From positions 1 to 61,931 of the IMG/VR virus record IMGVR_UViG_3300008267_000131: DNA of 61,931 nt; one strand, 5' to 3'. A program made the position numbers and the translations under genes. Shown here piece by piece: positions 10,079 to 19,976 of the stretch; position 1 is the stretch's first letter; each line of letters begins with the position of its first letter. This DNA comes from a virus. Lineage: Duplodnaviria > Caudoviricetes. The notes under the pieces were generated by a model that was not told where the DNA came from, searched no databases, and saw only the letters and a program-made list of their open reading frames with translations.

Positions 10079-11692
10079 TTATTCGAAGTCTACGTTGTCT
10101 ACGTTGAATGAAGACGAAGGTTTAGACCCTGATGACTTAGATTGCTTAACTCCAGGAATAGATGCAATTGCGCTATTGTAGTGCCCACGAAGGACGCCAA
10201 CAGTAGAACCAGTTCTCATCAGTCGAGAATCTACTCCGATTCCCTGAGCGATTTGAACTGCAGCAAACTCATCCGCATTTACAATCTCGTTGGGATTGAT
10301 ATCCAAAACCTTTACTTGCGCCTGAGCACCGGCTGGGGCTCCGGCAGCGAGTTGGCTAAGTTGAGATTGCACCTGCTGAGCAGTCATTGGACCATCGGCC
10401 ATAGACATAAGCGATTGGATGGCGTTCTGAGACGTTCCGTCAGCCTTAATCAACACACCGCCACGAAGTTTAACAGCCTCTCCAGATACTGCCCATTCGT
10501 TTGGAAGCATGTAGTACTGCTCACCTTTGTATTGAACAGGAACCGGAACTTTTCTTGTCTTGGCCGGAACAGACATAAACTGAATACCGTTTACGATGTT
10601 TGTTCTGAAGCTAAGTGTTTCGGGCTGATTGGTCGTGCCAAACTGAATTCCTCCGTTTACGTACTTGAATGATTGTGAACGGAAGCCTTCAGGTACGGTG
10701 CTAAGGTTGTATTTACCTGCAGCTACATTGTCAAGGAGCTCGCCAACACGAAGGTTCTTTGCTCGGTTAATTTCGTCTGGAGTCATCTTCTCACGCTCGG
10801 CCAATACCTCACGGTAGAACATAGACGAAGCAGGATTGTCATCCGCATATCCGTAAAGACCTACACGCTGCACATCTTCCCAGTCAGCAGGAAGCGCACG
10901 ACCTTGGCGCTCAAAGCTTTCAGCAACACGAGAGTATGCCTCGTATGTCACTGCATCATCTGCAATTCTTGAAAGCAACGGGTTTTTGAGGGCCTCATTG
11001 AAGACCTCTTCTACTACAAGGCCACCAGATGCTCTCTTGGCACGAAATCCGCCAGCAGGAGACTTCTCAAATAGTTCTTTAGCAACCTCAGTTTGAGCAA
11101 TGTAATCTCCCTTGCGTAGGTCTTCTACGCTAACGCCGTAGGCTTTTGCGAACTCTTCTGCAGCCTTTGATTCGTTGATTAGGTATGAGCCAAACGGCAA
11201 CTGGGTGTATGCGCCAGACTCGTTAATCTTGGCGTAAGCCAGTGCCTTCGTTTCTGGGTCGAGACCTCTTCTGCTAACGACCAAAGAGTTGAATTCTTGA
11301 ACACGCTCTGGAATGTATCCCCTAGCATCAGAACTTTTAACAAGGTCATCGCCGAGTTTGTATCCTCCGTTGATGGTCTCAGCCAATGAATTTAGTCTAT
11401 TCGCAGACTTGGATACTTCCACTACAGTAAGCTCTCCAGACTTAGCCAAGCCCTGTAATCGGTCAAGCTCTTGGTTCTGGATGATATCAAAATCAGCACG
11501 TCCACGTGCGTCAATGTTTCTGTCTTTGGTGAGGACATCCATAGACATTTTTTGCATCTGGAGCTCTCTGTCTGCACGGAGCTTGGCAGCCTGCATCCCC
11601 ATATTCATAAGGGCATAGGCTTGACGTGATGCGCCAGCCACCGCACCTTGGGTGTTCAGAACTACTGCAAATCCCTTTTTACTTGGTGTCAT
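10079..11692 (-). CDS. Putative internal virion/DNA ejection protein (537 aa)
   Basis: Long ORF between a pilot-like gene and the giant protein, the usual podovirus ejectosome position; no catalytic motif recognised. Confidence 0.55.
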   Translation of the reverse strand: MTPSKKGFAVVLNTQGAVAGASRQAYALMNMGMQAAKLRADRELQMQKMSMDVLTKDRNIDARGRADFDIIQNQELDRLQGLAKSGELTVVEVSKSANRLNSLAETINGGYKLGDDLVKSSDARGYIPERVQEFNSLVVSRRGLDPETKALAYAKINESGAYTQLPFGSYLINESKAAEEFAKAYGVSVEDLRKGDYIAQTEVAKELFEKSPAGGFRAKRASGGLVVEEVFNEALKNPLLSRIADDAVTYEAYSRVAESFERQGRALPADWEDVQRVGLYGYADDNPASSMFYREVLAEREKMTPDEINRAKNLRVGELLDNVAAGKYNLSTVPEGFRSQSFKYVNGGIQFGTTNQPETLSFRTNIVNGIQFMSVPAKTRKVPVPVQYKGEQYYMLPNEWAVSGEAVKLRGGVLIKADGTSQNAIQSLMSMADGPMTAQQVQSQLSQLAAGAPAGAQAQVKVLDINPNEIVNADEFAAVQIAQGIGVDSRLMRTGSTVGVLRGHYNSAIASIPGVKQSKSSGSKPSSSFNVDNVDFE

Positions 11693-12348
11693 TATCTCCC
11701 GAGTCTTCTGTTAATGTCTAGTTGCGTGCGATATCCAGGAACATTCATAAATGGATTTCCACCGCCTGCGGCAGCTCCAGTTGCTGAACCACCGCCGAGG
11801 CCATACATGCCTTTATAGATGTCCATCATCTGCTCGTTTTGCCGAGCCGCAACGCCACCGCTAAGCGCACCAAATACATTTTGAATTCCTGCAGAAATTA
11901 ATTGGTCTTTAGCCGCATTTTCTTGCATGGCAAGTTGATTCTTCAATCCCTGCATTCTTTCCTTAGCGCCAGCGGTTGCCATCTTGGCGGCACGAAGAGA
12001 TTGTAACTCGTTCGACTTCTCTCTCAGTTCGGATTGGTATAGTGACCCTATCGATGACTGCTGGGCTCTTGATATTTGCTGCTGAGCACGCATAAGTCCA
12101 GCAACGCTTCCGGACGAACGAAGGGCAGCTGCACGAGCAGATGCAGCCTCTTGTCCCATGGACTGTCTAGCAAGCTCATACGATGCAGACGTTGATTGAG
12201 CAGCGTTCCGAGCAATTTCTTCAGCCTGCTTGTACTCTGGCTGTATAGACGTATCTATCTTTTTTCTGGGCTTAGCAAGCCCTGCGATAGTTTGCCCAGC
12301 TCCGAAAAGAGCCTGAGCACCAAGTAGTCCTAAAGTGATTGGGTCCAT
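11692..12348 (-). CDS. Putative DNA pilot/ejection protein (218 aa)
   Basis: MDPITLGLLGAQALFGAGQ N-terminus and Ala/Gln/Gly-rich helical body typical of small podovirus ejection proteins; follows the nozzle gene. Confidence 0.6.
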   Translation of the reverse strand: MDPITLGLLGAQALFGAGQTIAGLAKPRKKIDTSIQPEYKQAEEIARNAAQSTSASYELARQSMGQEAASARAAALRSSGSVAGLMRAQQQISRAQQSSIGSLYQSELREKSNELQSLRAAKMATAGAKERMQGLKNQLAMQENAAKDQLISAGIQNVFGALSGGVAARQNEQMMDIYKGMYGLGGGSATGAAAGGGNPFMNVPGYRTQLDINRRLGR

Positions 12349-12349
12349 T

Positions 12350-15300
12350 TTAATGTCCTGTTGAATCTTTTAATTCCGTATAAATTCTTTTTACGCTAAA
12401 GGCACTCGGCATGCGTAACAAAGATAGTAATTTACTTCCTCGCACTCTCTTGCCGCTCAGAATGTTTCCACTAATCTTGTCTCTCTTAAAGCTAGCCCTA
12501 AAGAAGCCTTCTTGCTCCACATAATCAGATGGAACGAGCTCGGTTGCGTGGGTCTCGCTCTGAAGTCTTGACTTCGCCGGAGCCGCTGCCGATTCTACTG
12601 AATGGGAAACTGGGATAGATACCACATTTTGGTAGTCGAGATAGTAAGAAAACGCAGTAGGATAAGTAATTCCGTAAAAAGAAGCGGTAGTTCCTTGATG
12701 ATGTTTGTACATCAATCCGTTCTGGAAGGTGTACAACGTGTTGTCTACAATAGCAGATGCCTCAGAGAAATACATATCGTACCCACGCCATTTGTTTGAA
12801 GGCTCACTGAATGCGTGAGTAATCGGCATGTGGTGGTGTACCTGAGAATAGTCGTGGCCGTATTTTTTTATTTGAACCACGGTATCTGGAGAAACTACTG
12901 GGTCTGGTAATCCGGTAATCAAAACATTGCCAGATGCGGCCGTAGGCACAAATCTGATGTATAATGTATTAGTAGATTCGAAGACAGTAGTTCCAGACGA
13001 GTACACGGCATTTCCAGCAAATGACACTCGAATATTTCGCATTTGGTTTCCGGTAAGAGTCTGGATTCGGACTTCTACGATGTTGTCCAAAGACAATCCA
13101 GAAACGGGAACGCTTAATGAGCCGCCAATCGTGCTAACGCTTGCGCTGTATAATACAAGTGATTCATAATCAGCCAAAGAGAACGTAGTATCACGGAGCG
13201 GGTCAGACACGCTAAGCATGTACTCGTCTTGGATGGGGTCATAGTGTCCAATCAGTGAAGCCTTTGATGACAGGCCAGTAGTGAACTTATTTATGGTAGA
13301 CTTATACTTATTCTGAGATATTGGCGTGATTCCATTTCTGCCGTATCTAACAACCTCGGCGTTTATTGAGTCGTACCAGTAAATCGAACCATTTCGTTCA
13401 ACAACAGTGGACGCATGTAGCGTTCCATATCCGCCATTTAAAATGTTTACGCTACCTACTACGCTTCTGTTCACGATGAGGTCAGCATCAGAAGATGACC
13501 CAACAAGCTGCGCCTCACCAATGTAGATAGACGCAGTGTTGTTCCTCCCAATCGAAAGCATTACCGTCCCAATCTCGGAAGTTTTTGAAGCTGCGATAAG
13601 CTTGTTTACCTCTCCGAGTTCTGAGGGCAGAATAGTCTCGTCATTAACCTCAAGAAAATTGAGGTTGTTATTTTTAGTCCCTGACGTATAGATTCCAGAA
13701 AACATAAGTCCTGTCTTCTTTTGGTCGCCAAGGATTAGGGAGGTCAGGTCAAAAGTGATTAGGTCTCTTCCAAAATACTCATCGTAAGTTCTTACAAGGC
13801 TATTTGGGTTTGCTTGAGAATTAATCAAATAGACTTCTTTGGTTATCTGACTTATGTTGGTAGGGTTGAACTGATTCAAATACTCAACCACATACTCGCT
13901 CTTGAAGAATGAACAGTCTCCATAAACCGTAACCGATGCGGGAATGCTCGAGGTACTAAACGTGACACCCGTTTCGTAGAATAGACTTTCTTCAATCTTG
14001 GCCGGTCGGCGAATCGTACAAACTCCGTAATCAGTATTTTTTACTGGAGTCAGTGGTCCCTGAGAGTATAACAGAGTAGAATCCGTAGTATATCCAAGGT
14101 ACTCAGTGATATCTTCGCCGACCTTAGGGAAGATGATATGGCCATCAATTACGTCAATAATCTGACCGCTTACGACGTATTCCTTGTATCGGCTAGTAGT
14201 TGAAGATAATTGCTCGTACTTCAAAAATGAAACTTCAATAGTATCTCCGGGAAGGTAGTCCCAGCCAAGTGCGTCGTCTGTTGCGTCAGAAAGTCTAACG
14301 GCGTAGTATTTCATCGGAGCTGGGTCAGCTACTGAATCCGCATCGTAGGTGTATGTCTCCCGAATGTATTTTGCACTATTCGCAAACACATACGTGCCAT
14401 CGTCCAGCTTGTATGCATACCTGAGCCCAAACTGATACTTAACGATTGGAGAGTCGCTTACCTCAGCATTGTTTTTACAGGTAAGGTAAAACTGGACAAA
14501 ATCGCCATGAGCCCTGTTATTGCTCACCATAATTTCAGCAGTCTTTGCCCAAGATGGAATCATGTTGCTGGTCACGTTAGACAGCGAAACACTTACACCT
14601 TCAATGAAATTAGTGAACGTACCTACGTCGTAGTTGGTGTCTGGTATGTGTATAACTGCAGCGTTTTGCGTTGGAGACACATACGAACCATTCAAGTGTC
14701 GACTGGGGGTCTTGAATGAAGAGTTTAATTTGTATACTGGTGAAGTTCTACCCTTCTCGTCAAGGAATCTTATTCCAAAATTATACTGAGTTCCTTCAGC
14801 AAAGCACTCCCCACTGCCAAACAAAATAGTAACATCACTTTTATTTAGTTGTGTTACTGCAGCAGTTACGTTCTCGATGCTTACAGATGCATCATTCTTT
14901 AGGCTGTCCGAATAGTTTGAGAAGAATAATCTGCTCTTAATCGATGCCATTGCTTTTACGTTGTTCGGTACGGCAAATGACGTGATGAGCATATCGGCCT
15001 CAGCAACATTGCCAAGCAACGCCTTTCCATCAAAGGTAGACCTGATAAATGCGGTTCCGGCATTGTGATTCGCAAACAGCACTTGGTCAGATATTACCTG
15101 CGTTAGGATGTATGCGTTTGCATCTTTCTGATATGCAATGAATTGTATTTTAACAACGCCAGTAGGTATTTTCTGAACCGTGGGGATGTCGACGTATATC
15201 TTGTCCATCCCAAAAATGTCGTAATCAAATACGTTCCTTAATTTACTTGCTGGAGAAGCCGGGCTAATCCTTCCGTCGGCATACTCGAAGCGGTAAAAAA

Positions 15301-15898
15301 ATCTGTACTTATGAATAGAAATGGGTAGATTTCTATTGACCCCAGTAGCAACATTTGCGGTCCAAGTTGGAGCATGAACCGGAGCAATCACATTCAAGTC
15401 AATAAACGAAGGAGTTACTCCGGTAGGTGTATTGCTTCTCCAGTAGGTTGTGTCGATTGCTTTTACTTCACCGGTTCCCGTAGAGTAGACAAGGAAATCA
15501 CTTACTACGGCAATAGCCGTTACTCTTGAGTATCCAAAGCCAAGAGTATTACCTCCCCCGGAAAACTGGCCGTTTGATACCAATTTGGTGAAGCCACCAG
15601 ATTGGTTGAACTCATAGATTCCGTGATTCGCAGCGTTGTCATGATTGAAAATGAGGAAATAAATTCTCGAGTTGTTCTCGTCGGAAATGACTCCAATACA
15701 CGTAGACTGCCCCGTCAGAAGGGCACTGTTGGTTACCAAGGCGTTGCCAAGTACGTTTTGGATGTCCCCCGTATCGCCATCTACAAAGTCTACAATACGA
15801 GTGTTAACCATACTAACCGCATCAGTTGGCTGATGGGCCTTGTATGAATCATCTGCGTTTACACCAAGTAGACTATTGAGAACCTGTTTTCTAATCAT
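12350..15898 (-). CDS. Tail nozzle/stabilisation protein (P22 gp10 or crAss muzzle-like, 1182 aa)
   Basis: N-terminal GVNADD...GDIQNVLGN...CIG, central YRFFYRFEYADG and RLFFSNY, distal GYGTLH..YWYD..VVRYGRNGITPIS pattern; position after the ring genes. Confidence 0.7.
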   Translation of the reverse strand: MIRKQVLNSLLGVNADDSYKAHQPTDAVSMVNTRIVDFVDGDTGDIQNVLGNALVTNSALLTGQSTCIGVISDENNSRIYFLIFNHDNAANHGIYEFNQSGGFTKLVSNGQFSGGGNTLGFGYSRVTAIAVVSDFLVYSTGTGEVKAIDTTYWRSNTPTGVTPSFIDLNVIAPVHAPTWTANVATGVNRNLPISIHKYRFFYRFEYADGRISPASPASKLRNVFDYDIFGMDKIYVDIPTVQKIPTGVVKIQFIAYQKDANAYILTQVISDQVLFANHNAGTAFIRSTFDGKALLGNVAEADMLITSFAVPNNVKAMASIKSRLFFSNYSDSLKNDASVSIENVTAAVTQLNKSDVTILFGSGECFAEGTQYNFGIRFLDEKGRTSPVYKLNSSFKTPSRHLNGSYVSPTQNAAVIHIPDTNYDVGTFTNFIEGVSVSLSNVTSNMIPSWAKTAEIMVSNNRAHGDFVQFYLTCKNNAEVSDSPIVKYQFGLRYAYKLDDGTYVFANSAKYIRETYTYDADSVADPAPMKYYAVRLSDATDDALGWDYLPGDTIEVSFLKYEQLSSTTSRYKEYVVSGQIIDVIDGHIIFPKVGEDITEYLGYTTDSTLLYSQGPLTPVKNTDYGVCTIRRPAKIEESLFYETGVTFSTSSIPASVTVYGDCSFFKSEYVVEYLNQFNPTNISQITKEVYLINSQANPNSLVRTYDEYFGRDLITFDLTSLILGDQKKTGLMFSGIYTSGTKNNNLNFLEVNDETILPSELGEVNKLIAASKTSEIGTVMLSIGRNNTASIYIGEAQLVGSSSDADLIVNRSVVGSVNILNGGYGTLHASTVVERNGSIYWYDSINAEVVRYGRNGITPISQNKYKSTINKFTTGLSSKASLIGHYDPIQDEYMLSVSDPLRDTTFSLADYESLVLYSASVSTIGGSLSVPVSGLSLDNIVEVRIQTLTGNQMRNIRVSFAGNAVYSSGTTVFESTNTLYIRFVPTAASGNVLITGLPDPVVSPDTVVQIKKYGHDYSQVHHHMPITHAFSEPSNKWRGYDMYFSEASAIVDNTLYTFQNGLMYKHHQGTTASFYGITYPTAFSYYLDYQNVVSIPVSHSVESAAAPAKSRLQSETHATELVPSDYVEQEGFFRASFKRDKISGNILSGKRVRGSKLLSLLRMPSAFSVKRIYTELKDSTGH

Positions 15899-15904
15899 AG
15901 CCTA

Positions 15905-16696
15905 CTATTTGATTGCTAGTCCATACGAAGCCTTAAAGGACTGTAGAATGTCTTCTTTGGTGAGCTGGAATCTGCGAGCACGCATTACACGATGGGCATT
16001 CTGCCACTCTCTGGTAGCCAGCTGCTTATCGGCAACACCAACAGAACGCTTGCCCTCGAGGTACTTGGCTTTGATGTAGGCAGTGAGAGCCTCGACAGCG
16101 ATTGGATTAACAACCGTTGCTGGAGTTTTCTCATCCGCATCGCTTAAGTAAGTCAGGTAGACATCCTTATCTGCTGCGTTTACAACAGCAAGCTGCTTAG
16201 TAGCAAAGCTGTAACGAAACTGAGTAGGATTACCAGCCGCTGCGCCAAAGAGGCGTCCTTTGGGTTCGCCATGAATATTGAAGTTAAAACCGTTGTACTC
16301 GTATTCGTTTCCGATAGTCATTCCAGCACGTACCGCCTTCGTCTCGTCAGTACGTCTTACGGTAACATATCCGTTGTTGCTGAATGAGTATAGGAAGTCG
16401 TTTCCAGAAGTGGAAACTGGAGCAGTAGAAAGGCGTTCAAGCGATAGGCTATCGTTCTCTGGAACAGCAATAAAGTGACCACCGTTGAGGTAGCGAACAC
16501 CCACAAACATACCAAGCTTGAAGTCTAGACTAGCAGAAGCTTGCGGTAGCTTAACCTCACGGATTGTGCCAAGAGTGTCAATCTCCATCTCTTGCAGTCC
16601 GTGGATTGCGAGGTTGTAAAAGAAAGGGTATTGGTGGATGGTGTAGCCCATCTCCATGATAGTCCTCCGAACGATTTGGTCAATGGTCATGTTCAT
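15905..16696 (-). CDS. Head-tail adaptor/ring protein (263 aa)
   Basis: Third of three similar-sized genes before the nozzle; distal EALTAYIK motif. Confidence 0.55.
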   Translation of the reverse strand: MNMTIDQIVRRTIMEMGYTIHQYPFFYNLAIHGLQEMEIDTLGTIREVKLPQASASLDFKLGMFVGVRYLNGGHFIAVPENDSLSLERLSTAPVSTSGNDFLYSFSNNGYVTVRRTDETKAVRAGMTIGNEYEYNGFNFNIHGEPKGRLFGAAAGNPTQFRYSFATKQLAVVNAADKDVYLTYLSDADEKTPATVVNPIAVEALTAYIKAKYLEGKRSVGVADKQLATREWQNAHRVMRARRFQLTKEDILQSFKASYGLAIK

Positions 16697-17373
16697 CGTG
16701 CACTGCTGTCATCAATAACCTTGTCCTCCGGGAGTCTAGCCCGAAGTAGGTTCATTACACCTTCTATCACAGTGGCCTCCATATCGGCAGGAATCGGGAG
16801 GATGTCCGTGTCATTCATACCTGCAATATCCACCAAGAGCAACTTGATTTTTACCGTGTGACCAGTGGCAAAGTCTGAGCTGTTAAGCAGGACCTTTCTT
16901 CCGCCATCCCAAGAGTACCATCCGCCAGTTGCGCCGCCAAAAGACTCGCTAAATGCGTAAAACTTATTTTTCCAGTTAGGGTACAGAGACAAGAATGTTC
17001 TCAGGTATCCGCTTGGCACTGGAACCATCTCGTACTCAATGTTGTCTACGGTATCTACTACAACAACCTCATACAGTCCCATACCGTGGGGTGCGGCAAT
17101 CGGGAACGCAGGAAGCTCAAAGTAACTGCGGTCACCTTCGGCCACCACTGTAGATACAGTGTAATTACTTATGATGGTCGTATCGGGGAGACGGTAGTCG
17201 TTCAGATTCATCTCCTGCAGACGTTCTGTCTTGAGGAGTCTATTGATTTGCTGAACTAGTAAATACTTAATTTCTTCTTCCGTAGTCTTGACACCGGTAA
17301 GCATGGTGCTTCCGCTGTACAGAAGGTTAATCTGTTCAGCTAAGCGACCAAGTGTTAATGCTGCCTTTGCCAT
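16693..17373 (-). CDS. Head-tail adaptor/ring protein (226 aa)
   Basis: Size, position and C-terminal PIP..ME..VIE..M helix; 4-nt overlap with the next gene. Confidence 0.55.
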   Translation of the reverse strand: MAKAALTLGRLAEQINLLYSGSTMLTGVKTTEEEIKYLLVQQINRLLKTERLQEMNLNDYRLPDTTIISNYTVSTVVAEGDRSYFELPAFPIAAPHGMGLYEVVVVDTVDNIEYEMVPVPSGYLRTFLSLYPNWKNKFYAFSESFGGATGGWYSWDGGRKVLLNSSDFATGHTVKIKLLLVDIAGMNDTDILPIPADMEATVIEGVMNLLRARLPEDKVIDDSSAR

Positions 17374-17374
17374 A

Positions 17375-18031
17375 TTACGAACCTGTTACTACCTGAGAGC
17401 TTCCAAACTGAAGGGCAGGTACGTTTTGAGTATTGACAGATAGAATCTTAATCGCCTCGTTCATGATTTCGTTTAGCTGTGGCTCTTTCCACTGAAGGGT
17501 AACGGAGCCAGACAGGCTAGGCTTGACGGGGCGACGAAGGACGTCTACCGTGACAAGCGAGGCGAACGAAGCAGGAAGGAACTGCATCTTGAAGGTTGTT
17601 GCAGACTTACTGAAGTCGTACAGACGTGCAATGGGTCCAGTGAGTGATGGGCTGTGAATCTTGCTGTCTCTTCTGTAGTGAAACTCTTCTTCGTTTACGA
17701 TGTCAACCTCCGAGGACGCTGAGCTGGCAGACACCACTGACATGATATCCACCAATGAAGAAAAGTTAAACGTGGCGATTCCAGAAGAGGGAGTGGCGGT
17801 AACCTGTGCCTTAAACGGGTAAAGCGCTTCGTCTACTGTACTGGTGATTCCATATGCTGCTCTCGGCACAGGTCTGCCCGCTTGATATTCCCTGGTGTTG
17901 CCTAGGTAATGTCTAAAAATAGACATCTGAGCCCTGTCTAGTGCAATGTCTATCTCTGCGGACGACACGTAACCACCGGTATCTTTGTCTAAGACAAATA
18001 GGATGTAATCATGTATTTCTTGGATGGTCAC
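17375..18031 (-). CDS. Head-tail adaptor/ring protein (218 aa)
   Basis: TIQEIH..LDK..GGY...EIDIALDRAQ start and LRRP near the end, a pattern of crAss-like ring proteins; GTG start with upstream -7 box. Confidence 0.65.
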   Translation of the reverse strand: MTIQEIHDYILFVLDKDTGGYVSSAEIDIALDRAQMSIFRHYLGNTREYQAGRPVPRAAYGITSTVDEALYPFKAQVTATPSSGIATFNFSSLVDIMSVVSASSASSEVDIVNEEEFHYRRDSKIHSPSLTGPIARLYDFSKSATTFKMQFLPASFASLVTVDVLRRPVKPSLSGSVTLQWKEPQLNEIMNEAIKILSVNTQNVPALQFGSSQVVTGS

Positions 18032-18046
18032 TTCGCCTGCATTTTA

Positions 18047-18059
18047 TTAGACAAATATA
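18047..18059 (-). promoter_or_regulatory. -7 box TATATTTG overlapped by TTGTCTAA motif
   Basis: Exact TAnnTTTG at 18052-18059, intergenic, upstream of the ring-protein operon. Confidence 0.7.
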
Positions 18060-18066
18060 CGAATTG

Positions 18067-18432
18067 CTATAATGTCAAATAAAGTAGTGCAGAAGAGAAT
18101 GTAATAAAGTATAATGACATCAGCACATCCTGCTGCGTCATTTTTTTGAAGCTGGGCTTGATAAGAAGTTTGCGATTGAGGTCAGCAATGACTGAATCTT
18201 GTCTAGCCAAGGCTTCACTTGCTTGATGATACTGATGATATTTGAACTTGTAAGCTTCATTGTATGCTTTTATTGTTGAATCCATTGACAGGAATCGCTG
18301 GTTCATAGCGACCGCCTGCGCCTTAGTCATTACGACTACTGTGTCGTTATTTTCTATCCGCTGAATCGGGTACACCGATTGCGAGTACATCGAAAGGCTG
18401 CACAGGAGCAGACTTGATAGTAGTAATCTCAT
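18067..18432 (-). CDS. Exported/membrane protein, possible spanin-like lysis accessory
   Basis: Signal-peptide-like N-terminus, coiled-coil middle, hydrophobic C-terminus; overlaps the upstream gene by 86 nt. Confidence 0.45.
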   Translation of the reverse strand: MRLLLSSLLLCSLSMYSQSVYPIQRIENNDTVVVMTKAQAVAMNQRFLSMDSTIKAYNEAYKFKYHQYHQASEALARQDSVIADLNRKLLIKPSFKKMTQQDVLMSLYFITFSSALLYLTL

Positions 18433-18688
18433 TTTGCATCACTGTTACTTGTTCAACGAGCAGTTCCTTCTCTTCCACAAGAACTTCTATAGTCTCCTTC
18501 ATCTCGCCAATCTTTTCTGACACCTGCTGGTCAACCTTTGCAGAAACTACGCTTGCTTGGCGCATCGTTTGATTGGACTTTTCGATAATCAAGTCAACCG
18601 GGTCAACTGGTTTCGTTGGTTCAGTTTTCTTGGCGACTAAGGCACCAACCATGATGCCTGCTGCAATGAGGAGAACTGTACGTGTCAT
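18347..18688 (-). CDS. Membrane-anchored coiled-coil protein (i-spanin-like)
   Basis: Single N-terminal hydrophobic helix followed by a heptad-rich segment. Confidence 0.45.
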   Translation of the reverse strand: MTRTVLLIAAGIMVGALVAKKTEPTKPVDPVDLIIEKSNQTMRQASVVSAKVDQQVSEKIGEMKETIEVLVEEKELLVEQVTVMQNEITTIKSAPVQPFDVLAIGVPDSADRK

Positions 18689-18936
18689 TTCGTTTGAAGA
18701 AGCATTTCGTTTTTAGCACTGGTATAAGCAAGGGCCGAGTCGAGCCTTCTAATGTGTTCGGTGTATTTATCCACCTTCACCTCTAGCTCAGAAACCCTTG
18801 TTTGGCATCTGTTATCCACCTTGCTGTTCATCATCTTCTGGTCTACATACAGGTAGCCAATTGCCACTAGGCCGATGAATGCGATTGCTGCTACTGGGTT
18901 CTTTTGAAACTGGTCAAAAGATACGGGCATCTTCAT
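18685..18936 (-). CDS. Small membrane protein, holin-like (83 aa)
   Basis: One TM helix (PVAAIAFIGLVAIGYLYV) plus coiled coil; ATGA overlaps on both sides. Confidence 0.5.
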   Translation of the reverse strand: MKMPVSFDQFQKNPVAAIAFIGLVAIGYLYVDQKMMNSKVDNRCQTRVSELEVKVDKYTEHIRRLDSALAYTSAKNEMLLQTK

Positions 18937-19157
18937 TTTTTGGAGAATATCTTACCGGCTTCAGCAATTCCCAAAGAACCGATGGTTATGATAACGAATG
19001 AATTAAAAATTGTGTCGCTAATAACCAACTCTTTTCCGATAATGCCTGTGACAATATCGGCGCCAGCAAAAATACTCATAACAGCAAACGAAAGAAATCC
19101 AATGATTGTCTTCTCATTCCAGGTATTGTCGTCCTTAAAAATGTCTACGAATTTCAT
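18933..19157 (-). CDS. Two-TM holin-like protein (74 aa; start revised to ATG 19157)
   Basis: MKFVDIFKDDN..NEKTIIGFLSF, two hydrophobic helices; a -7 box lies inside the longer track ORF. Confidence 0.55.
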   Translation of the reverse strand: MKFVDIFKDDNTWNEKTIIGFLSFAVMSIFAGADIVTGIIGKELVISDTIFNSFVIITIGSLGIAEAGKIFSKK

Positions 19158-19168
19158 ATTCCGTTTGT

Positions 19169-19206
19169 TTAGACAAAGATAGGGAATAGACATAAAATTT
19201 AGACAA
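19169..19206 (-). promoter_or_regulatory. -7 box TATCTTTG with three GTCTA motifs
   Basis: TAnnTTTG at 19174-19181; TTGTCTAA at 19169-19176 and 19199-19206, ATGTCTAT at 19186-19193. Confidence 0.7.
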
Positions 19207-19207
19207 T

Positions 19208-19233
19208 AAAAAAGCCCCCGGTCAGGGGGGCTC
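19208..19233 (-). terminator. Intrinsic terminator
   Basis: GC stem (AGCCCCC/GGGGGCT) followed by a T-run on the minus strand. Confidence 0.8.
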
Positions 19234-19255
19234 TTGAAAGGTTATTATCCCACAC

Positions 19256-19534
19256 TCAGGGCTTCACAACCTTTAATTCCGGGGTTTCTTGCTCTTGAAC
19301 GGTGAACTCACCAGTCTCAAGGTTTAGGGTTCCGTGGCCGTGCTCTTCGGCAAGTTCGTTCATCAGAGACTGAATCTCCTCACCGCTCTTGCGAAGTTCT
19401 GCAACGAGGGCCTCCTGACGTGCTGCGAGGTCTTTCTCGCTTACGTAGAGTGCACCAAGTTCCATTTGGATTTGTTGCTGCTTAGCACGAATCTCACGTG
19501 CAGAATTTAATTGGGCTTCAGAAATCTGTGCCAT
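19256..19534 (-). CDS. Small coiled-coil protein (92 aa), possible tail fibre chaperone
   Basis: Coiled coil ending in HGHGTLNLETGEF; lies downstream of the fibre genes. Confidence 0.5.
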   Translation of the reverse strand: MAQISEAQLNSAREIRAKQQQIQMELGALYVSEKDLAARQEALVAELRKSGEEIQSLMNELAEEHGHGTLNLETGEFTVQEQETPELKVVKP

Positions 19535-19561
19535 AGTGAATTAAGATTTGGGGGTTATTGT

Positions 19562-19942
19562 TTAGCAGTCTACAGCGTCTTCGTATCCAGCCTGAGCCTT
19601 AAGATGGTCGTAGGCTTGTACGAGGATGTCAGCAGATTCAGCCTCGAGCACGGGCTCAAAGCTAAAGTGCGTGCGGTAGATAGGTTCAGCGTGCGCCTCA
19701 CGAGTCTCCTCAGATGCGTAGGTAGCTACTTCGTAGTGGCAGAAGTTCTTCTTAACCCAAGCCTCGGTCGGAGGGGTAGGCATCGGAGGTACTGGATTGC
19801 CATCAGCATCTACTGAGGGTTCTGCGGGTGCAGCGTATACATAGGTCTTTTGGTCGGTAGACTCGTACGTGAGACGGGTTACCTTGTGATAAGCGTCGGC
19901 GAAGGTGATGCCGAACTTGTCTACAGTTGCGATTACAGCCAT
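19562..19942 (-). CDS. Tail fibre-associated/assembly protein (126 aa)
   Basis: QAYDHLK...AVDC C-terminus typical of small fibre-adjacent proteins; own -7 box at 19965-19972. Confidence 0.55.
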   Translation of the reverse strand: MAVIATVDKFGITFADAYHKVTRLTYESTDQKTYVYAAPAEPSVDADGNPVPPMPTPPTEAWVKKNFCHYEVATYASEETREAHAEPIYRTHFSFEPVLEAESADILVQAYDHLKAQAGYEDAVDC

Positions 19943-19976
19943 TGTGATAACTAATTAGTGGTTACAAATATACAAA